Below are positions 36,528 through 48,652 of a stretch of DNA of 64,000 bases, one piece after another. The DNA comes from Centroscyllium fabricii. Its lineage: Eukaryota. The notes below the pieces were generated by a model. That model was not told the DNA's origin. It saw nothing but the letters and a program-made list of their open reading frames with translations, and searched no databases. Every line of letters starts with the position of its first letter. Position 1 is the stretch's first letter. Made by a program: the position numbers and the translations under genes. Where the stretch lies: contig JBNRSN020000010.1 of assembly GCA_051313645.2 (NCBI GenBank), positions 9,238,001 through 9,302,000 on the forward strand, read 5' to 3'.

Positions 36528-37778
36528 TCCAGGACATTACATGGATGTGCATGATTTAATAACAACAAGGAAGGAATAAGCATTTGGTCCATTTCTAAAA
36601 ATGTGCAGGGACTAATAAGTGAATTAAAGATAGAGAAACATTCAACAATGATATGATTGGGATTCATATTTATTATAAAATGTTTTGTGACAAACCAACT
36701 GATAAACATTTTAAAGCAAAACAATTAATTTCAACGAGGTTATCCTATCAGCAGTTAAGAAGGATATGATCAGCTTCTGTCATGAGGAGGCTATGGAAGC
36801 TAACAAATAGGAGAAGTTTGCCATAAAAGATATCCAAATTACATCGGAATTAAAGGAGTGCAGCACAAACTAAAAGTGTTTGGAAGTGCAGTGAAAATAA
36901 AATTAAAAATAGATGTTAAATTGAAAGTAGGTGTGTGGAGCATGTTATGCCAAACAAATGAAGGAAGCCTGGATAATATAGTGAACAGTTATTAGCTCAA
37001 TGAGTGATATTTAACAACGTTGGAGACATTGATCACATTCCATATACACTTCAAAGAAAATACTTACTCAAAGAACAGAGCTCCTTAGAGACGAAAAGCG
37101 TATGGTTCATATAGAAGATGAAGGATTAACTGAAAAGCTATTGCTGCTGTTTCGATAAATTAAGTTGTTCCTTGGAATTAATGAAATAATCCTTGAAGAA
37201 ATGGAAAAGAAAGAGGGACGCGTGTAAAAAAGGCCGCCGATTCGCTTCAGCCAGATTCACCCAACTGGCCAACACTGGTCAATACTTTGTGACCCATTCT
37301 TTATGGTTGTTAACTTGTGCAATCTGAGTTGATAAAAACTAGGCTGCCTGCTTTCCAAAGTATGATTATCCTTATCAACTAAAAGTTATTGCGTTCCATC
37401 GAATCCTATACCTGTAATCCTGGCTTTTCATTTTTATTTGGCACTTTACACTTTTCCATCAGTCTGTTGTTGGATACAATGACAGAAAATCCAGTCGTCC
37501 TGGGTGACTGAAGGCTGCCCCTTTCTATCGCCGTACACTTCTCCAGTCCTGGATCCTATCGAGATCCCTTCGCTCGTCCAATTCTGGCCTCTTGTGCATC
37601 GCCCATTTTCATTGTTCCATCCTTGACTGCCATGCATTCAGCGGTTTAGACATAACCTGTGGAAATCTCTGCCTAAACCTCTCTGAATCTATAAATCGCT
37701 TTCCTCTAAGACACTCTTTGAAACCTTTTCTATGACCACTTGTCCTAATATCTACCTCACAAGTTCGGTGTTAAATGT

Positions 37779-38468
37779 TGGCCCAATCTTTCCGATCACG
37801 CATATTTTGATTTGGAGCTTGGGTGCAAGCGCTCCCGAGCTTCAAATCGCAGGAAGCAGCCGTTTGATTATCGCAGGAACCTGCGCACCACGTTGTGCAC
37901 AGTGACTTTCCGATTATCTTTTAAAGATTTTCATCGGGGTAAGTACTGAAGCTTCTACGCTTGAAAATACAAGTCTTAAGCACCCGTTAGTAGCAGGTAC
38001 GTCTTTATTTTATTGATTTTAAGTGTTGTTCTTTCAGGTTTATAACTTTTGTTACCTTTAAAGACATGTAAGTATTCTTTTTGGCCTGTTAAAGAATGTA
38101 AAATGGTTTTCTAAATTTAATTTTTTTCTTTAAAATTGTTAATTTATGTTAGTTGGTGTACTGTTAAATTAATGTGTTGTTTTTAAAATTTTATGTTTGA
38201 GCTTACATGTGTTTTGGAAGATCTCTCTTCAAATGTTAAACTGATTTCTCAGATTTCTTCCATTGATTGGCTCCTTGCCGATCACGTGATATCATGGGAG
38301 ATTTCGAACTAATTACGTTGTCCATTTGCACAAGCAGCTCGCACAGAGCTCTGACAAGCTGCACAGCTCGGAAAGTCACAGTGCAAAAATTCAAAACGGA
38401 AAAAGTGCTGAGTAAGTGCAAATAAAAGCACTACACTCGCGCGAAGGCTCCAGGCCTACTTTCTGGCC
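37779..38468 (+). mobile_element. Harbinger-like MITE (family A relative) inserted in an L2 3' end
   Basis: ggccc..tttctggcc ends and family A core; the L2-type tail (gaagcgctttgggatgtt) resumes after it. Confidence 0.6.
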
Positions 38469-38717
38469 GGTTGATTGTTAATACTCCGAAGCGCTTTGGG
38501 ATGTTCTGTTACGTGAGATCATATTGCTTCTACTCAATTCGCAATGTAATTCACGGTTCCTGCCTGACTCATGGCGAATTCTGTGCATTCACACGCGATT
38601 CTGAGCGTTTCTAATCATCACTCTCCTAAGGAAAGGAACAAAGAGAAAAGACGATTTTTATCAGATTTTGCGAATTACTTCTAATTAAATCTGATTGCAA
38701 TATATTGTTTTTTTTAG

Positions 38718-38901
38718 AGAATCAGAACCCAATCTAAATGTAACGGCAGTATTGATGACTCCAAAATCATTCTGGATATCGTGCTGGAAAAGGGAGCTCG
38801 GGCACAAAGAACGATGTTTATCATATTTTCAAAAAAACCGAAGAACATATCCAAGCTCAAAATAATAACAGAGATACTTACCAGATGGGCAGAGGGAGAA
38901 A
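38718..38901 (+). CDS. NLR exon: death-fold/CARD-like domain, part 2
   Basis: tttttttag|AGA in phase 0. RIRTQSKCNGSIDDSKIILDIVLEKGARAQRTMFIIFSKKPKNISKLKIITEIL resembles the recalled ..SSKLLLNLVMEKGSRARRVMW..KLDKILKEI. Donor is at 38902 or 38914 (both phase 1). Confidence 0.82.
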
Positions 38902-39614
38902 GTATGCTAGAAGGTAGCTGGTATCCAAATCTACTTTACCATCAGAATAACAAAGTTCTTTATTTAGGACGGAACTTGATTTTAAGTTAAAGTTTGTGAC
39001 AGTAAAGTTCGACTGGAGCAGGTACGGAAAACAAGTTGAATCGCAGTTCCCGACAGCTCTAACACGCGCCAGATTATTCGTTCTGTCAAAGTCAATGGAT
39101 CTGAATACTGGGCGGAGCAGAAAATAGGCAATCGATGCAATACCATATGTTTTACCACCCGGCCCAATGCCAATTTCTCCCCTTCTCACTTTCGTTTGAC
39201 AACTCAATTTATTTAAAAAAAAAAAAATGTTTTACGGGGTTAAAAATGAACTTAGCTTTTTAAAAGAATGTATGATTTATAAATTAGTGAACTTTCTCTT
39301 GAGAATTACAGGCAAATCAGAAGTGCCGGTTTTAAGCGCATGTGTTTTGCATGCCTGACACCGGTACCTGCGAGGGGCCTACAGGGGTGTGCACACCCCG
39401 TACATACGCGTTGGTGTCTGAAAATATGGCCACATATAACCAAACGATCACATAAATATCATGAAGTTACTATGTATTATTTTGACTTGTTTCACAAAAC
39501 GTTATTGCTATCGCACAATTTACCGGTCCAATTTTAGTAAATTTATCCGAATGCAATGTTTTCATGCATCAACGTAGCAGTGCATGTAGACAAGTTGACT
39601 GATTGTGACTTATT

Positions 39615-41297
39615 GGGCCCTGTTTTCCTGTGCTCCAGAGAAGCTGCACACTCACGAAGGGGGGTCAGAAATGCCCCGTGGGTGTGCAGCACGGGGGATG
39701 CCCACGAACGGGAATTTCCTGTGCTGATGGGCAAGTCCCGTCAGCTTCCAACGCAGGAAGACCTTGCACTGATGATTTCCTGTCAGAACGGGTGATTTTT
39801 GGAGAGTGATTCCGTGTGCAACTGGCTCACAAGCTGCACATTTAAAAACCAGTAGGAAGGGGAGCAGATTTAGTTACTGAAGCAGGTAAGTTAATTTTTT
39901 AACTTCAATTTAATTCTTTTACAGTTTTTGGTAGTAGTGTGGCCAGATCGGTAGCGTTAAATTGTTAAGTTAAAGTTTTTTAAAAAAAATTACAAATCCG
40001 ATTTTAAGTTAATTTACCTGTTTCAAATCGCTAATTTTTAAATTTAAATTTCCGAAATTTTTAACTCTCTAGCTATTAAAAAATCTATTAGGAAAAAATG
40101 GCAGACTTACCTACCGTTTCTTCCTCTGAGAAGCTGCTGTGCCCCGCTGCTCCTCCCTCCTAGTCTGTGAGTGCAGCTCCGCACTTCCCTGCTCTCACAA
40201 AGGTCCGACTCGGGATCTGTTTATTTAAATTAGGGATCTGGGTGGCGTTTTTAATTTAAATTTGGATCTGTGGGCGGGGCTTACACTGCGCACCTAGCGT
40301 GGCTGGACTGCCACGCAGCGCAGGAAGGGGAGGAACGGGGAGGAAATTGACGTTCACACTTCTGTGCAATGTTGGTGCGTGAGATTAGGAGTCCCCAGGG
40401 TCCTAGCGCACGCACTAACCGGCACACAGGAAAACAGGGCGCATGGGTATGTAAAACTGGCGGTATCACGTCTGCCACCCGTTAGGGAGCTTGCTCCGAT
40501 GTTCCCTTCCATTGACCAATAGAACAGCATAACGGGCGGCCTGACCTGATGCCGTCTGTGTCCTGCTCTGGTCTGATAGTGAGCCATGTCTTCCTGTGGC
40601 CCGATTGCTGCGGGTGCACGCTGACGTGCACCCGCGGCGCACGCGCACGTAATTTTTTTTTTCTGTCACGTGAACTTCCTGTGCAAAAAGCCGTTTTTTT
40701 TAGTTCGGAGGGGTCATGTTTCTTTTGGTGCAGGGTGCAAGCCACGCCCACTGAGGTCGGCTATACCCCCGCACAAAGCACAGAATCGGACTGAGGATGA
40801 AGAAGGTCGGGTAGGGAAGCACCTTTTTTTTGTTTTTTTTCAGTTTCTAGGAAGCTGTTTTTTTAAAGTTTCTGCCTTTTTCTGCTGTTAGGGTTTTTTT
40901 TGCTCCAGAGAAAAAAACACGTTTAAAGTTAAAAAAAAAATTGATTCCTTTGGAGATATTTGTCTGTGGTCTTTCAGCTTGTGAATGTGTAGGGTTTTAT
41001 ATTTTTTGGTGAAAGTGAAAAAAAACAGGGATTTGAACGCGATGTCAGCAGCTGTGATTCCCATCAGAATATGTGCAGCAAAAGAGAGACTTCCCCACGT
41101 GATACACCCACATTTTGAGCAGCTGCCTACAGGAAGTCTGCAGCTCAAAGTCTTCCTGGGTAGGAAGCTGAAGCCCCTTGCCCATCAGCACAGGAAGTTC
41201 ACGTTTTTGGTAATCACCCGAGCTGCACCCCAACGAGGCATTTCTGACCCCCCTTCGTGGGGGTGCAGCTCTTCTGGAGCACAGGAAGTCAGGGCCC
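39615..41297. mobile_element. Non-autonomous Harbinger-like element with ~150-bp TIRs (family B)
   Basis: gggccctgttttcctgtgctccagagaagctgcac.. matches the inverted ..gtgcagctcttctggagcacaggaagtcagggccc; flanks att/aat. Confidence 0.8.
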
Positions 41298-42176
41298 AAT
41301 GTGTTTACATATTTGGAGCGGAGGTTTCAACATGGACATTACGAGATTTCAAGAAATCTCCACTGCACTTCAAATATTGTAAATTCATATTTTGATACAA
41401 ACGTATCTTTCCATCTGTATTTTTATGCATATATAATATTTTGGTGTATGTACAGATACATATAGAAGTGAATAGCAACATTTTTCTAAAAAAGATAGTT
41501 AGCTACAAAGACTGATACCAAAAAAACATATTCTCCACAAAATATAATGCACCATAAAGACCATAACATTATGATATTTCCCGACATAACAATCAAGAAA
41601 ATGATCGATATTCTTCGAATCTCCATCTCTTAGTCTCTGCAAATCTCCCCTCTGCTCTGACCCAGGAGACTCCTGCGGGCTCCGCTGGCCACTAACATGT
41701 ATCTGACGGTTAAAGCATTGAGCAGCAGAATCAGAACAATTGGCATCTCCGGGGTGAAGCATCTCGTTTTTTTCCGAGATCCGCAGTTCCCCAATATCGT
41801 TTGTTACAGGACGAAAGCAGGAGTTGTCCATAACTCATATTGACCCGTGAACATAAATTACCAGTAAGATTTACTTTTCAATTTATGTCGTAGCTGAGAA
41901 ATCTTCATTACCTGAAGCTCGAAATTCAACAGAAAAGGACACACAATCCTCAAGTTTGCTTCATGCTACATTTCCGTGGCACTTCAGAAATTATGTTTTT
42001 TTAATTCTATGATTATTTGGGTAATAAAGTGAAAATAATTAAGGGAGCACACATTGCTAACACATTTTAGACATTTCTTTTTATTTACGATTACTTTTTC
42101 GTTCTTAGTAATGATCTGTTAATGTGTTGTCTCCTGAATTACAATGACTATACCAATGTCGTTTTCCACATTCAAG

Positions 42177-43896
42177 AGATAGAACTACAGCACAAAGACT
42201 CTTTCTTCATACAGAACGAAAAGCTAACAGTCAAAACCACTGGAGGAAATGAAAAAATTCGAAGAATTTTCCTGGATGAAATGTATACTGATGTAAGGAT
42301 TGTTGCTCCCCTGCGAGTGCGGAGACTGGTAGAAAATGAACTGAAGGCCCTAGGTAGAGAGCGTGAAGAATTACAAAGGAAAAACATCGAGAATGAACTG
42401 CGAGAGTTTCAGCTAGATCAATTGTTCAGTTTCCCTAAAACAGGCAGGTCCAGGACAACTGCGGTAATTGGAGCGGCAGGGATTGGGAAAAGCACAATGA
42501 TACAGAAGATAATCCGGGATTGGGCCGCGGGGAAAATATACCAACAGTTTAAATTTGTCTTTCATTTTAATGTTCGGAACTTAAATTTAATAGAAGGCAA
42601 AACATGTCTAAATAGCATAATCCTCGATTCCTACCCCGATTTCGAAAATACGTTGGAAGTTTTGATGAAAGAACCCGGAAATATATTGTTTATTTTTGAC
42701 GATTTAGATGGCTTGCGGCAAACCATCGATTTTACAGATAATCGGAGAAACAACGACCCCCAAAATCAGTGTTTCGATCCCGAGTGCTGCTGCGAAATTT
42801 CAGATATCTTGCGTTGCCTCATCAACGGGGAGCTGCTCAATGGCTGCTCAGTGCTGATCACAAGCCGGCCGTGGAGACTGGAGTCTCTGGAAAAGGCAAA
42901 TACAATTGCAAGGGTCGAAATATTGGGTTTCGGCTCTGAGAACATAAAGCATTACTTTCGCAGTTATTTTGGAGATGAACAATTTGCGACAGATGTAATC
43001 GAGTACATTGAGCAGAATGAAACATTGTACACGATGTGCTATAATCCGCTGTACTGCTCGGTCCTCGCTTCATTATTTGATTCACATCGGACAGAAGGAG
43101 CGGTGCACAGACCATTGTCCGTCACAACCAGCACACGGGGGTTCTTGGCTTATGTCAGAATTCTTTTGGAGAAATGCGGCTGTGACGCAGAATCCTCTCG
43201 CGACATGTTGCTGAAACTGGGTGAGTTAGCCTACAAGGGAGTTTCCAACAAAACCATTGTATTTAATGAAAACCAAATCAGTCCCCACAGCCTCGAACTG
43301 CACAATGTTATATCTGCGTTTATGATGGAGATTCAGGCTGAAGGTTCGTGTCGTGTTACCTACGCATTCACTCACTCTGTTGTACGGGATTTTGTCGCTG
43401 CAATTATGAAATTTCTGAACACAGCAGGATATGGACTGACAGCATTGCTCAATGAAGGGTACACGTGCATTGACGAGCGATTCAATATATTTGAACATTT
43501 TCTTGTCGGTCTCTCCACGCGGTTTTCAGCTGATCAGCTTAAAAGCACATTGGGGACATCTCCTCCTGAAGCATTCCAGTGTGTGGCGGACTGGCTCACA
43601 GAAAATGTCAAAAGACGTGTTCAGAACTTGGAAGATCGGCAAAGCCAAAGGACATTCTTAAAGTTATTGCATTATTTTATTGAATTTGGAGATCTAGACC
43701 TGATGAAGGCCACTTTAACACCGATAAAAATAATGAAATTCACAAAGTGTCGTCTGAAACATTCTGACTGTGCGGTTATTTCAACCGCATTAACGGCCGT
43801 TGAATTCATTGAAGAGCTGAATCTCAGTAGCTGTGATGTACAAGATGAAGGCATCCACAAGCTGGAGCCCGTGCTACACAAATGTAAAATACTCAG
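42177..43896 (+). CDS. NLR large exon: pre-NACHT region, NACHT, winged helix/HD2 and first LRR
   Basis: Within the 592-aa ORF: Walker A GAAGIGKST, Walker B ILFIFDDLDG, sensor 1 VLITSRP, CYNPLYC, YAFTH, LRR IEELNLSSCDV. Splice sites ttcaag|AG and CAG|gtaatt. Confidence 0.96.
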
Positions 43897-44249
43897 GTAA
43901 TTTATAGAAACATTTAAATAGCAATATCAGCAACTACTGTTTTACAGGCAAGTGGCATAGTATTTCATAAAACCAAAAGCCTATACTAAATTTGATCAAT
44001 TAATGGGCACATCCTCTCATTGCATTGTCTGCTGTGCTAAATTAATCGTTAAGTAACGGCAGCCTCGTGTCTGTTCGGTTATTACCCGAGCGTGCTGTGG
44101 TGCTCATTTAACGTAATCAGATTGGGTGTTGACAACATCATATCTGAAACTTGCACACTTTTCGTACCACGTGGAACTCTGCATTAATAAGTTATATATC
44201 CACTTAATCACCATATATTATTCTCTATTGTGATATAACACCATTTCTC

Positions 44250-44560
44250 AGAATCACAGTATCGTACCGCGTAGAAGAAATCCGTTCAGCCCATTTTGCC
44301 TGTTCTGCTTTTTCTAAAGAGCAACCCCATTAATCCCACTCCCCGCTCATTCTCCATAGTGCTTCAATTTTATCTCCTTCGAGTGTTTGTCCAATTCCTA
44401 TTTCAAAGTTACCATTGAAACTCATTCCAACAGCCTCTCAGGCCGTGCATTTCGGATCACAACAACTCGTTGCCGATTTCTTCCCCTCATCTAGAATCTG
44501 TCTACTTTTACCAATTACCTTCTGTCCTTGTCCTTTGGCTAACGACACCCTTGCCACTGG
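44250..44560 (-). mobile_element. CR1 3' end fragment
   Basis: cagaatcacag..ttcagcccat..cattccaacagcctctcaggc. Confidence 0.55.
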
Positions 44561-45176
44561 AACATGACCAGTAAGAAAATATTCCTCTTTTTTGAACTGG
44601 AAGCAATGCTTGATTAATTTGCAAGCGAGTTATAGATGTACCATTGGGAAGTTCACAATTCTTCTATCCGAATGGATTTGCGGAACTAATAATGATGTTT
44701 TTGAGCACATGCTACTAACTTAGAGAGAATGATGTGGGTTCGTGTCTGCAATTCCTCAAGTTCTGAATACTATTTCTAGCGGCACAGAGGTCGGGAGGGA
44801 TGTAAAATGAGAGGGAATGTCACTCCATCTTTTCTTATGCACATTCGAGCGATCTGTTAAAATCCACATCAGTGGATTCTCCAATAGACTTGACAATGTT
44901 GTATTTGTGCATGTTGAATTTCAGTGCATCAAGAAAATAACTTTCCTATAATAGAGATAAGTTCAGAGTTTACCCTAAATTCTCCGTTTAAAGAAGGGAA
45001 TGTTCCTGTGAGAGTCATTTTGTTGAGGATTACTCTTCGTTTCTGATCACCAGTATACAGCATGTAAACCGTCAACTATTCAGTGCCCACTTTAATTGTA
45101 AACGTTTTATATGTGTGCTTAAAATTGACCACCGACATTAGAGTAACTTCCGGGAAAGCAACCATACTCTCTGATA

Positions 45177-45405
45177 ATGTGGAGGTGCCGCTGTAGGACT
45201 GGGGTGGACAAATGCAAGAAGTCACACAACACCAGATTTATAGTCCAACGGTTATATTTTAAATCACAAGCTTTCGGAGCGATGCTCCTTCGTCAGGTGA
45301 TCCGAGAGTCTCTCTCGGTTCACCTGACGAAGGAGCATCGCTCCGAAAGCTTGTGATTTAAAATATAACCGTTGGACTATAAATCTGGTGTTGTGTGACT
45401 TCTTG
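45177..45405. mobile_element. Palindromic Penelope-derived mini-element with twin hammerheads (perfect arms)
   Basis: 14-bp TSD CATACTCTCTGATA (45163-45176, 45406-45419); identical 89-bp inverted arms 45212-45300 and 45320-45408. Confidence 0.92.
45320..45356 (+). ncRNA. Minimal type I hammerhead ribozyme (mirror copy on - at 45264-45300)
   Basis: tcac-CTGACGA-a-ggagc-atc-gctcc-GAAA-gc-tt-gtga: stem I tcac/gtga, stem II, palindromic AGCT stem III. Confidence 0.75.
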
Positions 45406-45606
45406 CATACTCTCTGATAGCCACTGATTTTACCACAAGACCTGCATGCAATTAACTTAATGATATCATTGTATTGAATTGCATTAGCTGTTTCATATTC
45501 TTGGATATCCAAAGTGTCCCATGTTTAATAAGTTAATTAATTGACAATATTTCCTGTCTGATGCTTTATTCAACATCCACTAATGATTGTGTTTATTTGT
45601 GCTTAG

Positions 45607-45693
45607 ACTCAATGAGAATAAACTGGGAGAATCGGGAGTGAAACGGCTCTCTGCAGTTTTAAAGAAACATGAATGTAAAATACAGAGACTGGA
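45607..45693 (+). CDS. NLR LRR exon (87 bp)
   Basis: gcttag|A..GGA|gtgagt, phase 2/2; LNENKLGESGVKRLSAVLKKHECKIQRLE is an RI-like LRR. Confidence 0.93.
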
Positions 45694-45898
45694 GTGAGTA
45701 AATTTGAAGAAAATATCGAACCGCACCACTGGAGAGATATCTATGTACAATAAAACATATTACTGTGTTACTGATGATCAGTCAATCTCATTATTCAATT
45801 TACCTTATGAACAAAGTCTTTTAGAAAGGGGAAGCCGTGCATAAATGAGGATCAGTATTCCGCCGTGATGTTGTAATTCGACAGTAAATATTTGCAAG

Positions 45899-47940
45899 TC
45901 ATAGATTCATAGAGCCATAGAGTAACAGAGCACAGAAAAAGGCCATTCGGCCCATCGCGTCCGTGCCGCCCATCAATCCCAGTCTATACTAGTCCCATTT
46001 TCCCGCATTTGGTCCTTAGCCTTGTATGCTGTGGCATTTCAAGTGCTCAGCCACATGCATTTTGAATGTTGCGAGGGTTCCCACATCTACCACCCTCTCA
46101 GGCAGTGAGTTCCAGACTCCAACCACCCTCTGGGTGAAAAAGTACTTCCTCACATCCCCATGATACCTCCTGCCCCTTACCCTAAAATTATGCCAACTAG
46201 TTATTGATCCATCAACCAAGGGAAAAAGTTCCACTCCATCCACCTTATCTATTCCCCTCATAATTTTGTATACTTCAATCAGGTCCAGTCTCAGCCTCCT
46301 CTGCTCCAAGGAAAACAACACCAGCCTCTCGAGTCTCTCCTCATAGCTGAGGCTCCCCAGCCCAGGCAGCATCCTGGTGAATCTCCTCTGCACCCTCTCC
46401 AAAGCTATTACATCCTTCCTATAATGTTGCGACCAAAACTGGACACAGTATTCCAGCTGTGGCCTTACCAGCGTTTTGTGCAGCTCCATCATAACCTCCC
46501 TGCTCTTATATTCTATGCCTCAGCTAAGGAAGGCAACTATCCCATATTGCTTTTAACCACCGTATCCACCTGCCCTGCTGCCTTCTGGGACCTATGTACC
46601 TGCACACCAAGTTCCCTCTGATCCCCTGCCTTCCCTAGCGTCCTACCATTCATGATGTATTCCTTTGCCATGTTAGACCTACCGAAATTCATCACCTCAC
46701 ACTTTTCACGATTACATTCGATTTGGCACTGTTCCGCACATCTGATCAACTCGTCTGTTATCCTGCATGTTGCGGATTTCCTCCGCAGTGTTTGCCAACC
46801 CCCCATCAATTATTTCATCTGCAAACATATTGATCATGCCTTTTACATAAATATCTAAATCGTTAATATAGTCTACAAACTGCACGGGACCCAACACCGA
46901 TCCCTGCGGTACCCCACTGGAGGCAGGCTTCCAGTCACAAAAACAACCTTCGACCATCACAATCTGCCTCCTTTCACTAAGCCAGTTTTGGATCCACTGT
47001 GCCAAGCTGCCCTGGAACCCATGGGCTCTTACATTCTTGACCAGTCTCCAATGCGGGAACTTATCAAAAGCCTTGCTAAAATCCATGTATCCCACATCCA
47101 ATGCGCTACCCTTATCCACACACCTGGTCACCCCTTCAAAAAATTCAATCAAATTAGTCAGACACAAGTTCCCTTGACGAAGCCATGCTGACTATCCTAA
47201 ATTATTCCTTGCCTCTCCAAGTAGAGTCTAATTTTGTCCCTCAGGATTCTTTCTAGTAATTTCTACACCACTATCCTTAATTATTCCTTGCCTCTCCAAG
47301 TAGAGACTAATTTTGTCCCTCAGGATTCTTTCTAGTAATTTCTACACCACTATCCTTAATTATTCCTTGCCTCTCCAAGTAGAGACTAATGTTGTCCCTC
47401 AGGATTCTTTCTAGTAATTTCTACACCACTATCCTTAATTATTCCTTGCCTCTCCAAGTAGAGACTAATTTTGTCCCTCAGGATTCTTTCTAGTAATTTC
47501 TACACCACTATCCTTAATTATTCCTTGCCTCTCCAAGTAGAGACTAATTTTGTCCCTCAGGATTCTTTCTAGTAATTTCTCACCAGCCTGTAATTCCATG
47601 GTTTCTCCCTACTGCCTTTCTTGAACAATGGCACTACATTGGCCATCCTCCAGTTCTACGGCACATCCCCTGTGGCCAGAGAGGTTCTGAAAATTTGTGT
47701 CAGAGCCCCTGAAAGCTCTTCCTTAGCCTCGCCCAGCAGCCTGGGTTACATCTCGTCAGGGCCTGGAAACGTATCAACTTTTAAGCCTGCTAAAACCGCT
47801 AGTACCTCCTCCGTGTCAATACTAATCCGATCAAGTGTATCCTCCTGTCGTATTTCAATGTCCACATCGCCCTCCTACACAATGAACACAGATGCAAAAT
47901 ATTCATCCAAAACCCCACTTACATCCTCTGGTTCTACACA
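45899..47940 (-). mobile_element. CR1/HER1 LINE, relatively young, intronic
   Basis: CLTNLIEFFE..DFSKAFDK..GVPQGSVLGP..FADE; LVRPQLEYCVQFWS..FFTQRVVGVWNSLP. Confidence 0.95.
47191..47585 (+). repeat. 79-bp tandem repeat x5 inside CR1
   Basis: Near-identical units start at 47191, 47270, 47349, 47428 and 47507. Confidence 0.95.
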
Positions 47941-48016
47941 GAAATTCCCAAGTGGCGAAATTTTATGTGTCTGTGTGTTTTTCATATAATCGCTGTTTAT
48001 TTTTCGATCATGGCAG

Positions 48017-48208
48017 GTTAAAATCTAATGGTCTCACAGATGATTGTGTGGAAAGTCTTTTCACTGCTCTCCGTGTGAACCGTTCACTGATGGAGCTGGA
48101 GCTCAGTAACGATAATCAGGATGGCGAAGAGGCCAACAGATTGACGGAGAAGTCTGTTTCGGCATTGCGAAATCTTCTCCAGAGTGGTGCTAATCTCAAG
48201 GAAACCAG
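48017..48208 (+). CDS. NLR LRR exon (192 bp)
   Basis: ggcag|G..CAG|gtgact, phase 2/2; LKSNGLTDDCVESLFTALRVNRSLMELELSND..NRLTEKSVSALRNLLQSGANLKETR. Confidence 0.92.
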
Positions 48209-48230
48209 GTGACTTGCCTTGTTAAATATT

Positions 48231-48442
48231 GGGCGGCACGGTGACACAGTGGTTAGCACTGTTGTCTCACAGCACTAGAGACCCGGGTTCCAATACGTGT
48301 CGATGCAGGCTCGATAGTGATTTGGGGGAAGGGCAGGGGCGGGGTACTGGGTTTGGATGATCAGCCATGATCTCATTGAATGGCGGAGCAGGCTCGAAGG
48401 GCCGAATGGCCTACTCATGCTCCTAGTTTCTGTGTTTCTATG
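48231..48442 (+). mobile_element. HE1-type SINE, internally deleted
   Basis: gggcggcacggtgacacagtggttagcactg..acccgggttc head joined to the ggccgaatggcctactc tail. Confidence 0.85.
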
Positions 48443-48652
48443 CGCTATTTAAATGTTACTTCACGTTTAAAATATATTTTCATATTTCACTTAATAACTG
48501 GACCTGTAACAGAAAATAAATACATTCTGGATAATTTGTTTCCCCCATACGAGTAAAACATTTGTTTTGAATAAATCTAACAATATTGCTACACACAGGT
48601 GACTGAATACTCCTTATTGATAATATTGTTTCGGTATCTTAATTTTTTTCAG

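Noticed and set aside
41810-41865. Exon-like segment with strong acceptor and donor
   Set aside because: Stops in all three frames.
41894-41953. Possible small linker exon (AEKSSLPEARNSTEKDTQSS)
   Set aside because: Phase-compatible, but the donor (gtttgc) is weak and it is not needed to keep frame.
42122-42176. ORF-track N-terminus MCCLLNYNDY.. of the NACHT ORF
   Set aside because: Lies 5' of a phase-1 acceptor at 42176 and is probably intronic read-through.
47191-47585. Regular repeat as a CRISPR array
   Set aside because: Eukaryotic context, no spacers, and the unit derives from CR1.
48231-48295. tRNA gene
   Set aside because: The A/B boxes belong to a SINE head; no complete cloverleaf.
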